From Sphyrna mokarran (taxonomy: Eukaryota), in contig JAGIQG010000008.1 in the NCBI GenBank assembly GCA_024679065.1, positions 68,634,001 through 68,698,000 of the forward strand: a stretch of 64,000 bases of DNA. The letters run 5' to 3'. Positions 36,167-50,637 of the stretch are shown here, one piece after another. How positions within the stretch are numbered: the first letter of the stretch is position 1; each line of letters starts with the position of its first letter. Made by a program: the position numbers and the translations under genes. The notes under the pieces are model-generated. The model had not been told where the DNA came from and made no database searches. It saw nothing but the letters and a program-made list of their open reading frames with translations.

Positions 36167-36847
36167 CCAACAAGAGGAAAAGGCAGAGGAGCCAAATTCA
36201 GCAGTCTTGCATGGAGAGTGAGTTGGAAAATATGATGACACAAAAAAGAGAATATATGATATTAGGTGGAATCAAGAATATGAGACTAGAATTGCAGTTA
36301 ACATAAAAGGGAATCCAAACATCTTCTGCCAGCATGTAAATAGGAAGTGGGTAGCAAGAGATTAGATGGGGCCTGTTAGGGACAAAGAAGGTGATATATG
36401 CTTAGAGGTGCTAGGCAAAGCCAGAATATGTCTCAAGCACTTTATAACTATGTTCACTAAAGAAAAGGGTGCAGACAAAATATCAGTATAAGTAATGGAT
36501 GATGTGAAAATGGATGGGAAAGATTTAGTGGAAAAGCTGGTGAAAATGCTTAGAATGGATTAGTTCCATATCTTCCTGGTACACATCCCTTGTGCCCCAG
36601 GAAGAAATTGAATTGGAGACAGGGAAAGGGCCATAATTTCCTAGAGTCTTCCTAGAGGCCAGTAAATACCAGTGGAAGGGCTGAAATGGAAATTGCGACC
36701 GGCAGCCAGCCGATCATGACTTTCCCAGACCATTTTTTATGGCGTGATCAGCCTTGCATTAGAAAACAGTGCAAGGCTGATTACAATATTATGATCAGCA
36801 TTTGAATCTCATTAGCAAGCCTGGGACAGAATTGTCGAGGCTTACTG

Positions 36848-37110
36848 CAGCGGTTAGCACTGCTGCCTCACAGCACCAGGAACCCAGGTTCAATTCCTGG
36901 CTTAGGTCACTGTCTGTCCGGAGCCTGCACATTCTCCCTATGTATGCATGGGTTTTCTTCAGCTGATTCAGTTTCCTGCTGGTTAAGTGTATTGCCCCTG
37001 CTAAATTCTCCGTCAGTGTACCTAAGCAACCAAAGTTTGGTGACTAAGGGATTTTCACAGTAACTTCATTGCAGTGTTAATATAAGCCTACTTGTGACAC
37101 TAATAAATGA
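36848..37110 (+). mobile_element. HE1-related SINE inserted in a Harbinger-like relic (about 36680-37590)
   Basis: GGTTAGCACTGCTGCCTCACAGCACCAGG..GGTTCAATTCC; tail CTTGTGACACTAATAAA. Confidence 0.8.
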
Positions 37111-37989
37111 GCTTAATGTTTCCAACCCTGCCAGGGGAAGTTCCTACCAGTAGGCATTAAAAGTGGTCCCAGCATCAGAAACCAGGTGTGATGGCTTTGC
37201 TTTTGGGGCCAGAGGCCATTGAGACCATTCTGGGACATCAGGCTCAAGGGCCAATGTCCCTTGCTGCCAGGCACCCTGGCACTGCCTACTAGGCACCCTG
37301 TTATTGAGAGACCAGCAACCAGGAGGCCGGCAATATATGGAGGACTAATGCACATGCACTTATCTCCCAATTGGGAGATCAGTACGTGCATAGTGGCCTG
37401 CTTAGTATGCTAATGCCAGCCTTTCAGGTGGAATTAAGCCTCCCCACTACTGGTGTGAATCCCCCAGTGGACTCTGTGAAGCACAGAGTACCAAAATTTC
37501 AATCAATTAAATTCACCCAAAAATGGGTGGAAAATCTTCTGCTTTCCCGCCTGTTGAGCACTTAAATTCTTTTTTGGGAAAATCATCATGCAAGTTTTTG
37601 GATAAAGCATATAAGGGACGTGTAAGGTATTTTTACACAGCTATTGGTAATGACCTGGGACTCACTGCCTACAAGGGTAATGGAAGCAGAGCCAATCAAT
37701 GATTTTGAAAAGCAATAACCAATTTAACAAACAAGTATATAACCAGTTTCCTGCACCCCTTCAACATCCTGGGGATTACTATTGACCAAAAGTTAACTGG
37801 ACAAGTCACATAAATACCGTGACCTCAAGAACAGGTCAAGAATTCTGTGGCAATTAACTCATGTTTTAACTCTCCAAAAGCCTTTACACCATCTACAAAA
37901 ACATAAGTCAAGAGTGTGATGGAATATTCTCCACTTGCTTGGATGAGTGCCCAAACTTCTTTGGATTTCCATTGCTTCTAGTTTTTTGT

Positions 37990-39040
37990 ATTTTGATTAA
38001 TCCTTTTTAAAGTAGATGAACTTACATATACCTAGTTTGAAACCCAACTGACACAGTTTTCCTCATTCGCTTAAACTATTAGTCGCTCTGCAATTTTTTG
38101 ATTAATACTGACAAAATGCAGTGGTCATGAATTTTTGTGTCATGGACGAACTTGAATATGTGGCTTTCTATAGCATCATTTAACTAGCTAGCAATTATGA
38201 TGAATAGTTGAAGCCCCAACACAGAACCTTGCGGAACTAGTCATAAGTTATCAATTGGTATACTTGTTCTATCTCCTGCCATTCAGCCAATTTCTCAGAT
38301 CAATTATTTGTCTTCAATCCCATGAGCTTCAATTTTGGCTAACTGTCTGTTTTAAGCAACTTTTTGAAATACCTTCTCAAAATCTATATAAATAAGACCC
38401 GTAGACATTTCATTGTTCACTACTTATCACTTCTCGAAAGTATTCAGTCAGTTTTGTCGAGCTTAAACTGCCTTTAAAAAATCTGTGCTGACTCTTTCTG
38501 ATTAGCTGAAAAATTTCAGGGATCCTTAATTACAGGTTCCATTAACTCCCTAATGGCAAATATTAGGCCAACTAGTACTATGATTCCCTGGTTTCCTTCT
38601 CTCATCTTTCTTAAATAACAGAATAACATGTACAATTTTCCAATATTAAGTAATGATCCCTGAATCAAAAAAACTTTGAAAGATTAGACTTAGGGCATCT
38701 GCAATGTTCTCACCTACTTCCGTTAAAACTTTGGGAAGGAAACTATCTGGTTCTGGGGCTCTTTCATGCCATTCATTTTTTAATTACTGTTACTTTGTTT
38801 CTGTAATTTTTGCTGAATCCCTGTCTCAATTCAATATTAGTGTTATTGGAATGGCTGGCATACTAATTGCTTCTTGCATTATAAAAGCTGAGAGAAATTA
38901 ATCACTCAATGTTGCTGCCATTTCCTCAAATTCCACTGACAGTATTATTAAATGTCCATCATCTCACGTAAATGGAAGAGTGGCAATGAGCAGATTTTCC
39001 CAGTTTATTGTGGATAGTCTGTTTCATCTTGTTGAAGTCA
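37990..39040 (-). mobile_element. Old CR1 ORF2 fragment
   Basis: Reverse remnants of PQGSV (AGAACCTTGCGG), KSxGPD (TCTGGTTCTGG) and YxLVxL regions. Confidence 0.6.
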
Positions 39041-39062
39041 ATTCTACCTAAATCTAGAAATT

Positions 39063-39714
39063 GTGGACAGAATTTCATCCCCTGCCAACAAATTTGCAGC
39101 TGGAGGATTTGTAAAATTCCCCTGGTGGGCTATCTACCAGCCTTCTACCTATCACTGATCTGTCCTCAATTTTCCATGGGGTGGGCATGACATATGGCAG
39201 CCGGCCCTCGCTTAAGTTGGTGCCCTTATTGGCCACTTAAGGGCAGTTTCCGGTCTGACTTGTGGGAAGACATCTAGGTCAAGAGAAAAGTCTGACAGAT
39301 CAGCCTGCTTGGATCTCAGGCAAGATGGGAAGGGTGACTTCCTCAAGGTGTTTCTTTCCACAGTGGATGTACTCTGAAGGTCTGTCCCTCGAGGATACTC
39401 ATTCCCAGCTGGCCTCGCCATCAATAACCCCCACCTCTCTCTCCTTTCCCCTTAAGCTTCACTTCTCCTCCTCGCTGTGTTTTCTGGACTCTGGGATTTA
39501 GAATCTGTGGACTGTTTGTATTTTCAATCCTGATCTTTGTGCTGCCACTGCTGCTGCTGGAACTACAGAGCTGCCAGTGGGAATGAGAGGTGAAAATCCC
39601 ATTACCAACTAATTCTCACTCTATGGAACATCAAATGGTTGTACGGCTGCTATGACTGGTGGGAGTACATTGCACAGTGAGGCAGGAAACACCACCATCC
39701 AGAAAATCTTGCCC
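39063..39714. mobile_element. Non-autonomous Harbinger-like element with imperfect TIRs
   Basis: GGACAGAATTT at left vs AAATCTTGCCC at right; internal TGGCCACTTAAGGGC motif. Confidence 0.5.
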
Positions 39715-40379
39715 TTGATACCTGTTCTGTGTTTCCCCCTTTCAAGCACAATGTTCATTTATAACTACTATTCGGTAAATGCTCATGTACCTTCAGGCTA
39801 TTAACTAAATCTGTTTGTTGACAATGACGAAATCTAACATTGTCCTGCCCCTTTGCTGACTTGAGGGCATATTATTGCAGAAAACTTTCCTGAATACATT
39901 CAAGAATTTTACTTCTCTTCTGATATGTGCTAGTCTGCTTACCCTAAAGTATGAACAGTTAAAATTCAACATTTTGCCTTTATTGCATGCATATCTAATC
40001 TCTGCACTTGTACAATCAGTCATTTTAAAGTATCGGCCCAACAACACTTATTACAATCTGAAATTATTTTATATTCCTTAATTCTATGTATTCTCCAACT
40101 CCTGCTAGCTCTTTAAATGTGTTGTTTTTTTTTATTTTAAAGACATTAGATAAAGATCTTGTTGTTATTGCATTCTTTCTTATCATTAAATAAAATAATT
40201 AAATCCTTAATCACTGAGGCAGTCCTTGCACTCTTCCACATTCCCTATCGTTTCTGTAGACTTAATAAACTGAAGTGAGAAAAACAATAATAAAAACAAA
40301 TTAAATTGCTGTACAGCAATGTGCACAGCATTTTGTATAAAATGGGGAACTGGAGGCAAAAATTAGATCTAGTAACATC

Positions 40380-43300
40380 TGTTACATGACTACAAGATGA
40401 ACAACTCTCGCAATTAAATATTGCAATTTATGACATTTTGAAAGAATAAGTGTTGGAAGAACTAATTGTACCAAATAGAGATTACAATATGTCCATTTGT
40501 TTTCTACTGTTATTAAGATATAAAGAGAATCGGTATAGATTGAGATAAAGGATGCAAATGGATTGATCATAGTAATATTCTACGCATCAGCTAATAGTGG
40601 AAGAAAATGAAGTGGAAATATGTAAGCAAATTTATGAAATGAGTGAAAGAATTTGAAAAGCAATTATGGAAGGTTTCAAATAAATTGACAAGAGGGAAGG
40701 AAAAGGGTAAAGAGAATGAAATTTTTACAGTGTATACTGGACTCATTTTTTGTTAATACATCAGAAGTCCAACAAGAGACGAATTATTGCTCAATCTAAC
40801 AATAGGAAATAAATCAGAACAGATAAGAAAAGCAGGTGTAAGGAAACTTAACGAAACAAAGCAATCAGAGCACAATAAGGTTTAAAATGATGATTATGAA
40901 AGACATAAATAAAACTAAAGCTAAAGCAATAGATTTGGAACAAAGTTAATTTTGTCGGGATGGAAAAGGCCAATGATGCTGACAGACTGAGAGGTTGAAC
41001 AGCAGTAGGAAATACTTAAAAAGGAATCAAGAGTTCAGGCATCATTTATTCCATCACAAAATAAGAACAAACTAGCCATGAGACAAACACTAAGACAAAT
41101 AAAGTGATCTTAAAACTGAAACTAAAGAAAAGAGCACCTGTACACTCACTGTATGAACAATAAAGGAAAGAATGACAAAAAGGAATACAAAGAGGTCAAG
41201 AAGGAAGTCGACAAGTAATCAGGGAGGTAAAGGAGAGCAACAAAAATAAATTAATTAGGAAGTTAGAAAGAAATAGTAAAGTATCACACACATTATTCAT
41301 AAAATCAGAATTGGGTAAGCTTACTAAATGAAGCACAAGATAAACTCAGAGCTAATGATAGCAAAATGACAGAAAGTGTGTGCAAACTCCTCACAGGTAG
41401 TGACCCAAGGCAGGAATTGAAACCTAGCACTGTTAGGCAGCAATGCTAACCACTGTGCTATCATTTACCAAGGATGCTTAACAGTGTGGACATACCACTG
41501 GAAGAAGCAAAGTTAAAAGATATAATACCTTTCAGATAGAAAGTGATGAAAAGTCAAACTTAGGTACGATAAAACACATAGTCCAAATGGATTGTATCAG
41601 TGCATGCTTAAAGTAAGGGGATTAAGAGTAGAGGCACTATTATATATTTACAAAACAATAGGATGAGAATTTAGTAGGCAAGGGTAGTAAGTTTGCAGAT
41701 GATACCAAGATTGGTTGCATCATGGACAGTGAAGAAGGTCATCTGGGGTTGTAGTGGGATCTTGATCACCTGCTGCCTCACGGGGACCTGGGTTCAATTC
41801 CAGTCTCGGGTGACTGTGTGGAGTTTGCACACTCTCCCCATGTCTGCGTGGGTTTCCTCCAGATACTCCAGTTTCCTCCTACAATCCAGGGATAGGAGGA
41901 TTGGATTGATTGGTTATGCTAGGTTGACCCTAGTGTCGGGGGATTAATGGGATGAATATGTGGGGTTGTGGGAGTGGGCCTGGTGGGATTGTGGTCGGTG
42001 TTGACTTGATGGGCCAAATGGCCTCCTTCTGGACAGTGGGGATTCTATGATTCTATGAGTTGGGCCAGTGGGCTGATGAATAACAGATGGAGTTTAATTC
42101 AGATAAATGCAAGGTGATGCATTTTGGTAGATCAAATCAGAACAGGACATACTCAGTTAATGGTGGGGCCTTGAGAAGATCTAGGGGGTACAGGTTCATA
42201 GTTCTTTGAAAGTGGAGTGATAAATGGACAGAATGGTAAAAGAGGCATTTGGCATACTTGGTTTCATTGGTCAGAACATTGAATATAGGAATTGGAATGT
42301 TTTGTTGAAATTGTACACGACATTGATAAAGCCACACTTGGAATACTGTGTACAGTTCTGGTCACCCTATCATAGAAAGGATATTATTAAACTGGAAAGG
42401 GTGCAGAAAAGATTTACCTGGATGCTCCTGGAACTTGATGGTTTGTGTTAGAGGCTGGGAGAGCTGGATAGACTGGGACATTTTTCTCCGGAATATAGGA
42501 GGCTTAGCGATGAACTTATGAAGGTGTATAAAATGAGGGGCATAGATCAGCTAGATAGTCAATATCTTTTCCCAAAGATAGGGCAGTATAAAACTGGAGG
42601 GTATAGGTTTAAGGTGAGAGGGAAGAGAGAGAAAAAGGTTCAAGAGGCAATTTTTCACACAGAGGGTGGTGAGTGACTGGAATGAGTGACCAGAGGCAAT
42701 AGTCAAGACAGGTATAATTTTGTCTTTTAAAAAGTGTTTAGAAATTTACATAGGTAAAATGGGTATAGAGGGATATGGGCTAAATGCTGGCAATTGGGGC
42801 TAGCTTTTGGATCAAAAAAAGGAGTGGTGTGAACAAGTAGGGCCGAAGGGCCTGTTTTCATGCTATAGACCTGTCTGATCTGATCTAATATCAGAAAGGG
42901 GAATATGCCAGAGAACAGGCTGATAGCTAATGCTATTCCTATATGTAAAAGACGAAACAAATCCAAGTAACTTTATATCAGTTGACTTAATGTTGGTGTT
43001 GGGAAATTGTTTCTTATATATTCAATAGAAACTGCCTAAAGTACAAAGATACATTAAAGTATGGCTAGCATGGATTTCAAAAGAGATACCCCTGCATGAT
43101 CAAACCTATTTGATTATCTGAAGTAGCATAAAGAGTAGATGTAATAAATTTGAATTTCTCAAAAGCCTTTGATAAGGTACCATCTAGCTGACTCATGACT
43201 AAGGTGGGAACACATAGAGAGAAAGAACAAGTCAGAATGGAAAATAAGCTAGCCACAACACAAAAAACTTGAAATAGGGCCAAAATATATTTACCCAGTC

Positions 43301-43820
43301 TGGTCGAAGGTATGAAGCGATATTCCACAGGGATCGATGCTCGGACTACTGCTGGTCATCATTTACATCCACGACTTGGACTCAGGAATTGGAATTAAAA
43401 TTCTAAATATTCGTAGGACACTGAATCGAAGAAGATTGCAACAAAATGCAAAACTTTAACAACTTGAAGAATGGATGTATCGATGCACTGAAGAAAAAAA
43501 TGGTGAAAAAAAGATTTACAAAGCTGATACCAGAATTGAAACCAGAACTGAAGGGTTAAACTATCAGGAACAGTCAAGGTTTCTTTTCTCTCAAGAAAAT
43601 GTTTCCACTTGTAAGGGGACCAAAACTAGCAGTCATCAATAAAAGACAATCACCAGTAAATCCAGTAAGGAATGCAGGAGTAACATCTTTACCCAGAGAA
43701 TGATTAGAATATGTAATTTATTGTCTCAGGGACTAGGCCAAGAGAATTGCGTAAATGTATTGAAGGGGAAGCTTGATTAACAACTAAGGGGGAAAGGAAT
43801 AAGGGCTGATGATAGGGTTT
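40380..43820 (+). mobile_element. Very old CR1 with a nested CR1 3' part (about 41670-42880) and HE1-like SINEs (41380-41465 minus, 41770-42056 plus)
   Basis: SKFADDTK near 41690; EAFGILGFI..KPHLEYCVQFWSPY; flanking degenerate QHGF/KAFDKV/PQGSMLG. Confidence 0.8.
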
Positions 43821-43854
43821 CATAGATCAGTCATACCACAGCACAGGGTCTTTG

Positions 43855-45200
43855 TCAAAGAAATACAATCCAACAGAGTCTCTTTTTGAATTACACTTCC
43901 CTTCTGTCAAAGAACTACACCCCAGTACAGTCAAACAATCAGCCCAGTACAGGGAGGCTCCACATAAATTCTATGTCTAGGTATAATCCTGCCTGTTGTA
44001 GCAGACTGAAGCAGACTTAGGACCAAGTGCTCACTTGGATATATTGCCAGCTGTGTAGTTCTCCTGAATAAATTGTAATTTTGTAGCTCCACAGTCTATT
44101 TGGTCATGATTTGCTCCTTCTCAAATATAGGATATATATACCATGCTTGAAGAAACAACTTTCTTTTCAGACACATCATGTCTGTCCCTCCAATATCCTG
44201 GAATGGCACTGACTGCTACTCAATATCAGACATATCCAGTTGAAGGGCGAATGCCTAGATGATCTGAACATAAGCCATCCCCAAATGCTGCTTTGTCCTT
44301 CTGGGAAAGTTCCATTGGGCTATATTTGACTCCAGAGATTTGTTTTGGTCTGTCAAAGGGATGAAGTATAGGATGAATTGTTGATACATCTGATGAGATA
44401 CAATTCTTATTTATATTGTCTGGACCACTTCATTAATAACCTCTACTTTATAACTTTGGAACTTAACTAAACCACTCCCATATAACTCCAACAAACCAAA
44501 ATGGCATTTCCCTGGTTGACCATCAAACCTGTCTTTCTTCCAGTTGACAGAATTGGAACTGTTAATGGAACTCCTGGTCGCTACTATTGATTATAAAATA
44601 ATCTGGAAATGCAGTGGGGTATTTAACTTGAAGACTCAAAATCTAAACCATTAGCTGGAAGATATCACTTGGTACTGATACAAGTCAGTTTTTAATATTT
44701 GTTAGAATTTGTTAACAAAATCTGCCCTTTGTTAAGACCCAGAGTTGGCATTTCCTAGCTATCAGTAGCCTATGAACCTTGGGCATAAGATAAGCATCAA
44801 ACTTGGATGCATCATTTACATTTTTAAAATTGGAATCTTTATGACCCATTGAAATTTGGCATTATAGCTAAATAAGATTTGACCATTCATTATGAGACAT
44901 CTCTATTATTTCTAACTCTAGCATTGTATGGCCTGTTAGAAAATATACTGCCTTTTGCCTAAAAACTTCAGTATATTTTTACCAAGATATTATCTTCAGA
45001 TGTTCTACAATATCACATCAAGTAACGTGCATTCTTCTGCTTAAGAGGCTAAAAGCATTGCTGTAGATTTTGATTAATTTTAGCAGCTTTAGTCACTGCT
45101 GTACTATTAATTCTTCAACCAAATAAACATGATCAGGTCTTCCACTCTTCATTTCCCATCTTGCTTAACACAATAGTGGTTTCGATGGATACTTTACAGT
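43855..45200 (-). mobile_element. Decayed Gypsy-type fragment
   Basis: Minus-strand DAYLMP..LTKG (about 44720-44800) and MPFWF/YLDD-like RT remnants. Confidence 0.5.
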
Positions 45201-45239
45201 GTCCCTTGTTCTAGGAGTGACTGTCTCCAGCCTCTTCCT

Positions 45240-45780
45240 CATTTTCATGATGCAAATTCAGCACTGAATAAACAGAAATTTCCACCAATTAAATATTGGG
45301 AAGATTGAAGCCATTGTATTTGGTCCTTGTCCCTATCTATGAACTCCATCCCTTTCCCTGACAATAGTCTGAGATTAAGTCAGTCTGTTTGTAAGTGTGG
45401 TATCAAATTTGATTCTGAAATAAGCATCCAATATCACATTCATCATTAAGCCATCACTAAGAACTCCATAATGTTGTCCGATTTTATCTCTGTCTCAGCC
45501 CATCTTCTGCTGAAACTTTGATTTGTATCTTTGTTATTGCAAGAATTGATTGTGCCAATGGACTTTTGGCTGGGATTTCCACATTGTGCTTTCCATAAAG
45601 TCGAAGTCATCCAAAACTCAGCTGCCTGTGCCTTAATTCAACTAAGTCCCTTTCACATATTGACATAGGCTCCTGGTTAAGCAATATTTTGATTTTAACA
45701 TTCTCATTTCTTGTGATTAAATCTCGATATGATTATTCCCTCCCTACCTCTGTAATCTTCTCCAGCTCCACAAGCCATGT
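45240..45780 (+). mobile_element. L2 LINE fragment
   Basis: QLNIGKIEAIVFG, ETLIxxFVxxRIDCAN and VIQNSAA remnants typical of the L2 RT C-terminus. Confidence 0.75.
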
Positions 45781-48050
45781 GAGACCTGGTCAAAAGCATT
45801 ACTAAAAGCCATGTAAACTACATCAAATGCACTAATCTTATTGACTCTTGTTGTTTTTCTTCAAAACAATCAATCAAGTTAGTCAGACAGGGCCTTCCCT
45901 TAATAAATGCATGCCTTCTAAATGACAATTAATGCAAACCTGCAGATTTTTTTTCAAATAACCTCCACCGAGGTGAGACTGACTGTCTTTAATTGTAAGA
46001 TCAATCCTTTCTCCTTTTTGAAAAATAGCTAAATGCTAGTAGTCCACCAATCCTCACCTGTAAACCAAAGAGGATTGGAAAATGATGGTCAGAACCTCGG
46101 CTATTTCTTCCTTTGCTTCCTTTGCTTCTCTAAACACGATTTTCATCTGGACCAATCAAAGCAATTTATCTACCGCCAAAGATGCTAAATCCTTTAATAT
46201 TTTCTCTATGTTTATTAAATCTAATATTTCACATTCCTCCTCCTGCTGATTATATGTATTATATCTCTTTTCTGCAAAAATAGAGAAGTCTTCATTTAGA
46301 ACTATGCCCTTGTCTTTTTCTTCCACACAAAGGTTACCAATTGTCTATAATAGACTACTCTACATTAAATTCCCACTTGCTCTTTATGTATTTATAAAAC
46401 ATATGAGTTTCCTTGTTTTTATTTGCCAAATGTTTTATGCTCCATGCTTGCTTCCCTAATTCCATGTTTAATTTTATCTTTGCATTTTCTATACTTCTCC
46501 AGATTTTTTACAGTATTGAACTCACAATATTAAGTGTAATCTTGCTTCTTTTTTGGTATTATTCTGCTCTCTCTGCTCTTTGACATCCAGGGTGCTCTAG
46601 ATTTGAGAATCTAACATTTATTTGATATGGGAAAATATTTGTGCTGAACGCGTACTGTGTCCTTAAATGTCTCCAATAGCTCTGATTCCAGTGCACCTTC
46701 ATTAAATCACATCTTAGCTTGATACAAATGGCTTTTCCCCAGTTGAAAACCTTTCCATAACTACGCTTAATCGAATTGAATTACGGTCATGACTGCCAAA
46801 CTGACAGTTGTTCCACCTGCACAAATTAATTCCCTAAAATTAAATCCAGAATTGCCCCTTCTCTTGTTGGACTTGCTACATACTTACTAATTTTTTTTAG
46901 AATTCTGCAGTCTCTATAGTGTTTATATTGATTCTATTCCAGCTAATATTTGGGTTATTGAAATTTAGTCTATTACTTCCCTGTCATTTTTGCATATCTC
47001 AAAAATTTGCCTATATACTTGTGTTTCTATTTCCTTCCTACATTTGGAGGTTTATAATACACTCCCAGAAATGTGATTGCCTAATTTTTCTTCTTCACTT
47101 AAACCCATAAGATTTAATTGATGATCCTTCTAGCACGTCATTCTTCTTCACAGCTATAATTATTTATTTAGTCAATAGTGCAAATCCTTTCTTCTTTTAT
47201 CCTCCTCTCTACCTCATCTGAAAATCTGGTAACCAAGAATGTTGAATGGTCATTCTTGCCTATCTTAAAACCTGGTTTCAGTAATACAATGATATCACAC
47301 TTCCAAGTACCCATCTGTCCCGTCAGCTCACCTGCTTTATTTACCAGACGTTTTGCATTGAAGTCTATATATAAAATCACTGAACAAGTCCCTTTTTATT
47401 TATTTTCTATTATTTGTTTTCTTTGCCTTACTAAGTTACTGTCTTTCATTTCAAGATTTTCTTCCAATCTCTCTGCCAAACCCTGCAGTAGGATAAGCAA
47501 ACCTCCCTAGAAGACATTGATCCTACTGAAGTTCAACCTATGTTCAACTTGCCAGCCACACATTTAACTACTTTATCTTATTCATTATATATTTGGTAGT
47601 GCATGGCACTGGGAGTAATGTGGACATTATTACATTTGAATTCTTCCCTATTTATTTATTTCCTAGCTCACTAAAGGTCTGCCTGCAGAAGCTCATCCCG
47701 CTTTCCACTGTTTTCATTGGTAACAATATGAACCATAACTTCTGGTTCATTTTTCTATCCCTGCCAGAAAGATCAGCTGCCCCTCGATAGATCCTTGACC
47801 ATGGCATCAGTGTGGTAACATAGCATCCTGGAATCACACTACTGGCTGCAGTAATGCCTGTCTGTACCCCAACTATTAAATCCTCTATCATTATTGCTTC
47901 TGTGGTCTTTCTTTGCCCTGTCCTCCCCCCATCCCCATTGCATAGTTGAGTCATGCATATTTCCTTGGACTTGATTATGGCTGTACTCCCCAGAGGAACC
48001 ATCATCTGTATTTTGAACTGAATACTGGTTAGAAAGTAAGATTGACTCAT
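45780..48050 (-). mobile_element. Old CR1 (ORF1 esterase, EN and RT remnants)
   Basis: FNAKRLVNKAGEL..CDII (EN N-terminus, 47168-47380); reverse ORF1 CYHPG/HIxTN remnants at 47700-47850. Confidence 0.75.
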
Positions 48051-48579
48051 GTACATCAGGCTGTGTATTCAATAAGACTCAGGTACCCTGCTGTATTTTT
48101 ATTTATTAGGCTACTGCTTAAACTTATCAGAAATAAACTTAAAACTTGCCATGCTCTGGTCAAAAAATTAATTAAACTTTACGTAATTAATTAACTCACT
48201 TTATTTTTGTTAGATTTAGGAAAAAAGTGAATTACTTTAAAATAAATGTTTATTCGTAAACATAGTCCTGCCGTCTTTTCTTGGGCTGTGGTATTATTTA
48301 GGCTTTTTTTCTCCCCTCCAGTTCATGGCTCTCTGATCAGTTGTCACCTCGTTTAATTTCTTGGGACTCTCCAGAGTTTTTCCTCCCTCTCCCAAAGCTG
48401 ATCTGCTTTGATTTAAATTCTTGGAACTACTCCCTTAGTTCTCCTCACTGTCCCAATTCCCCAAAGTACACACATCCAAATAATCTCTATTCCCCGTCCT
48501 CCCTTTTTTTTGTCTTTACATATTTATCCAATTCCCTTTTAAATGTTATATTGAATCTAGTTCAATTTACTTTCATCAG

Positions 48580-48955
48580 GAAGAGACGACTTGATTGAAA
48601 CCTTTAAGATTCTGAGGGGTCTTGACAGGTTGGATGAGGAGAGGATGTTTCCTCTTGTTAGACAATCTAAAAATAAAAGGTCGCTTGTTAGAAATGAGAT
48701 GAAGAGAAATATTTTCTCTCAGAGGGTTGTGAATCTCCGGAAGTCTCCAATTCGAAAGGAAAGGAAGCAGAATCTTTGAATATTTTTAAGACAGAGATTG
48801 ATAAAATTCTTCATTAACAAGGGAGTGAAAGGTTATCAAGGGTATTTAGGAATGTGGGTTTAAAGTTACAATCAGATCAACTGTGAACTTATTGAATGGC
48901 AGAGCAGCCTTAAAGGATTGAGGGGCCTATCCTGCTCCTAATTTATATGTTCATA
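48580..48955 (+). mobile_element. CR1 3' end
   Basis: IETFKILRGLDRLDEERMFPL..FSQRVVNL; tail CCTGCTCCTAATTTATATGTTCATATGT. Confidence 0.85.
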
Positions 48956-49189
48956 TGTACCCCTTCATGCAGTATTTTCCAAACCACAACAACTCACTGT
49001 GTAAAAAAAAAGTGTTTTTGACAATCACTATAAATCTATTCTTTTGTCATCAATTCTTCTGCACTGCAAAACAATTTCTTCTTATATATTCTATCAAAGC
49101 TGTTCATGATTTTAAAAACATCTACTGAATCTCTTCCTAACCTTTGCAGGTCTATGGAGAATCACCCCAGCTTCTTCAAGAGAACAGTA

Positions 49190-50637
49190 ATAATATTGTG
49201 CCTTTCAGAAACATTCTTATGTTATGTTTCTTGTGCAAGATTTATTTTAGCTGTCAGTTCTATTAACCGGTGCCGCTTTGTCTATAACCGGCAGCCTGTT
49301 GATACTGCAGCAGCATAAATGGTCGTAATTGCTATTATTTTGTTTTAATCTGGACTAATACAGTTGTTATTTTAATGTTTTCTTCTGGGGTTTTTCAAAG
49401 TAGGGCTTGATTAGGTAGATTAGCATGCAAAAATGACTGGATGGGACACAGCTTATACTAAAAAAAGTTCAGCTGTGCTTGGGATCTTTAGGGACAGGTA
49501 CATCTCTCTATGTCTCTTTCTTCTCTCTGGATTTGGAGACAGGGATTTGCCAGGAAATAAGTGTTTTTCTCTGGAGGCTGCTGAATGACGGTCAGAAGAC
49601 AGGGGTATTTCTGGATTTGCTCAAAGTGGTTGGAAGGCTGGAAACATAGCACACACATGAGCATATCTGTTTTATGCTAACTTGTTCTGAAGGGGAATTT
49701 ATGTCTGTGGGGATATCACTTAAATTAAAACTATAGAGATAGTTAGCTGTTAAGAATTAAACCTTGTACTGTTTAAATATTTCAATTCATGGAAGTTATG
49801 CTAATTCTTGTTATATTTTAACTGTTGTTTAATAAATTTTGTTTTATCAAAAGCTTTCTAGCTGGTCAATTGAATTATAATAGGTGCAAAATACCTAATG
49901 CCCACCTTAATGCCAAAATCAAAAGAAGTTGAGGTCTAGGCTAACTTTGTAATATATCTTGGAGTTTCTAATCTGTTGAATCTAACCAGTGTATATTCAC
50001 TTCCCAGTCTAGTCCTCTCATCGAATTCCAATCTCCTGGCTAGCCAACAGTCACCACAAATCTGTGAACGCTTGCATTTACACAAAAGTTCAATACACAT
50101 TCTCTTTCCCCCTGCTGACTGCCTAGCCTCTCTATGTCTGTCTTTCCTCCAATATTCTCAGTTTCCTGTATCTCTCTGTTCTACTGAGTTTTACCCGCCA
50201 CATGCTTTTCATTCTTTGGATGTCAACTCAATAGAATTATATTTTCTGGTTTAAAAAAGATCCTCTTTTCCCAAGTGTTAGCTGAACAATACTTGGGAGC
50301 ACACAAGTGAATGCAAACTGGTTCCCATCTGAGATCTGTGTTTTAGATTGGAGGGAGAGGGAGGATTTCAGGCTTTGTCTGTGTCTACACTGGTAAGAAT
50401 TATACCATGTCATGTTTAAACATTTCAATTGGTAAAAGTTATGCTAATTCTTTTTGTTGCATTTGAACTGTGTTGTTAAATAAATAAATTTTGTTTTAAC
50501 AAAAGCTTCCTAGTGAGCCAATCAAATCATACCTGGACCAAAACACCTTCTACTCACCTTAATGCCAAAATTAAAAGAAGTTGGAGTCTAGGCAAACTTT
50601 GTAATATATCTTGGGGTTTATGATCTGGTCCTTAACA
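49190..50637 (+). mobile_element. Solo LTR-like element with internally duplicated 3' part and a captured 420-bp segment, inside an old minus-strand CR1 (about 48960-51475)
   Basis: Start TATTGTGCCTTT.AGAAA resembles the reverse end of 59880-60562; AATAAA; end GGTCCTTAACA; 49750-49975 repeated at 50392-50627. Confidence 0.65.
49969..50390 (+). repeat. Diverged direct copy of 51835-52252
   Basis: Colinear along the full length (CCAATCTCCTGGCTAGCC, TGTGAACGCTTGCATT, AGTGTTAGCTGAACA, TTTGTCTGTGTCTACAC); offset about 1866. Confidence 0.95.
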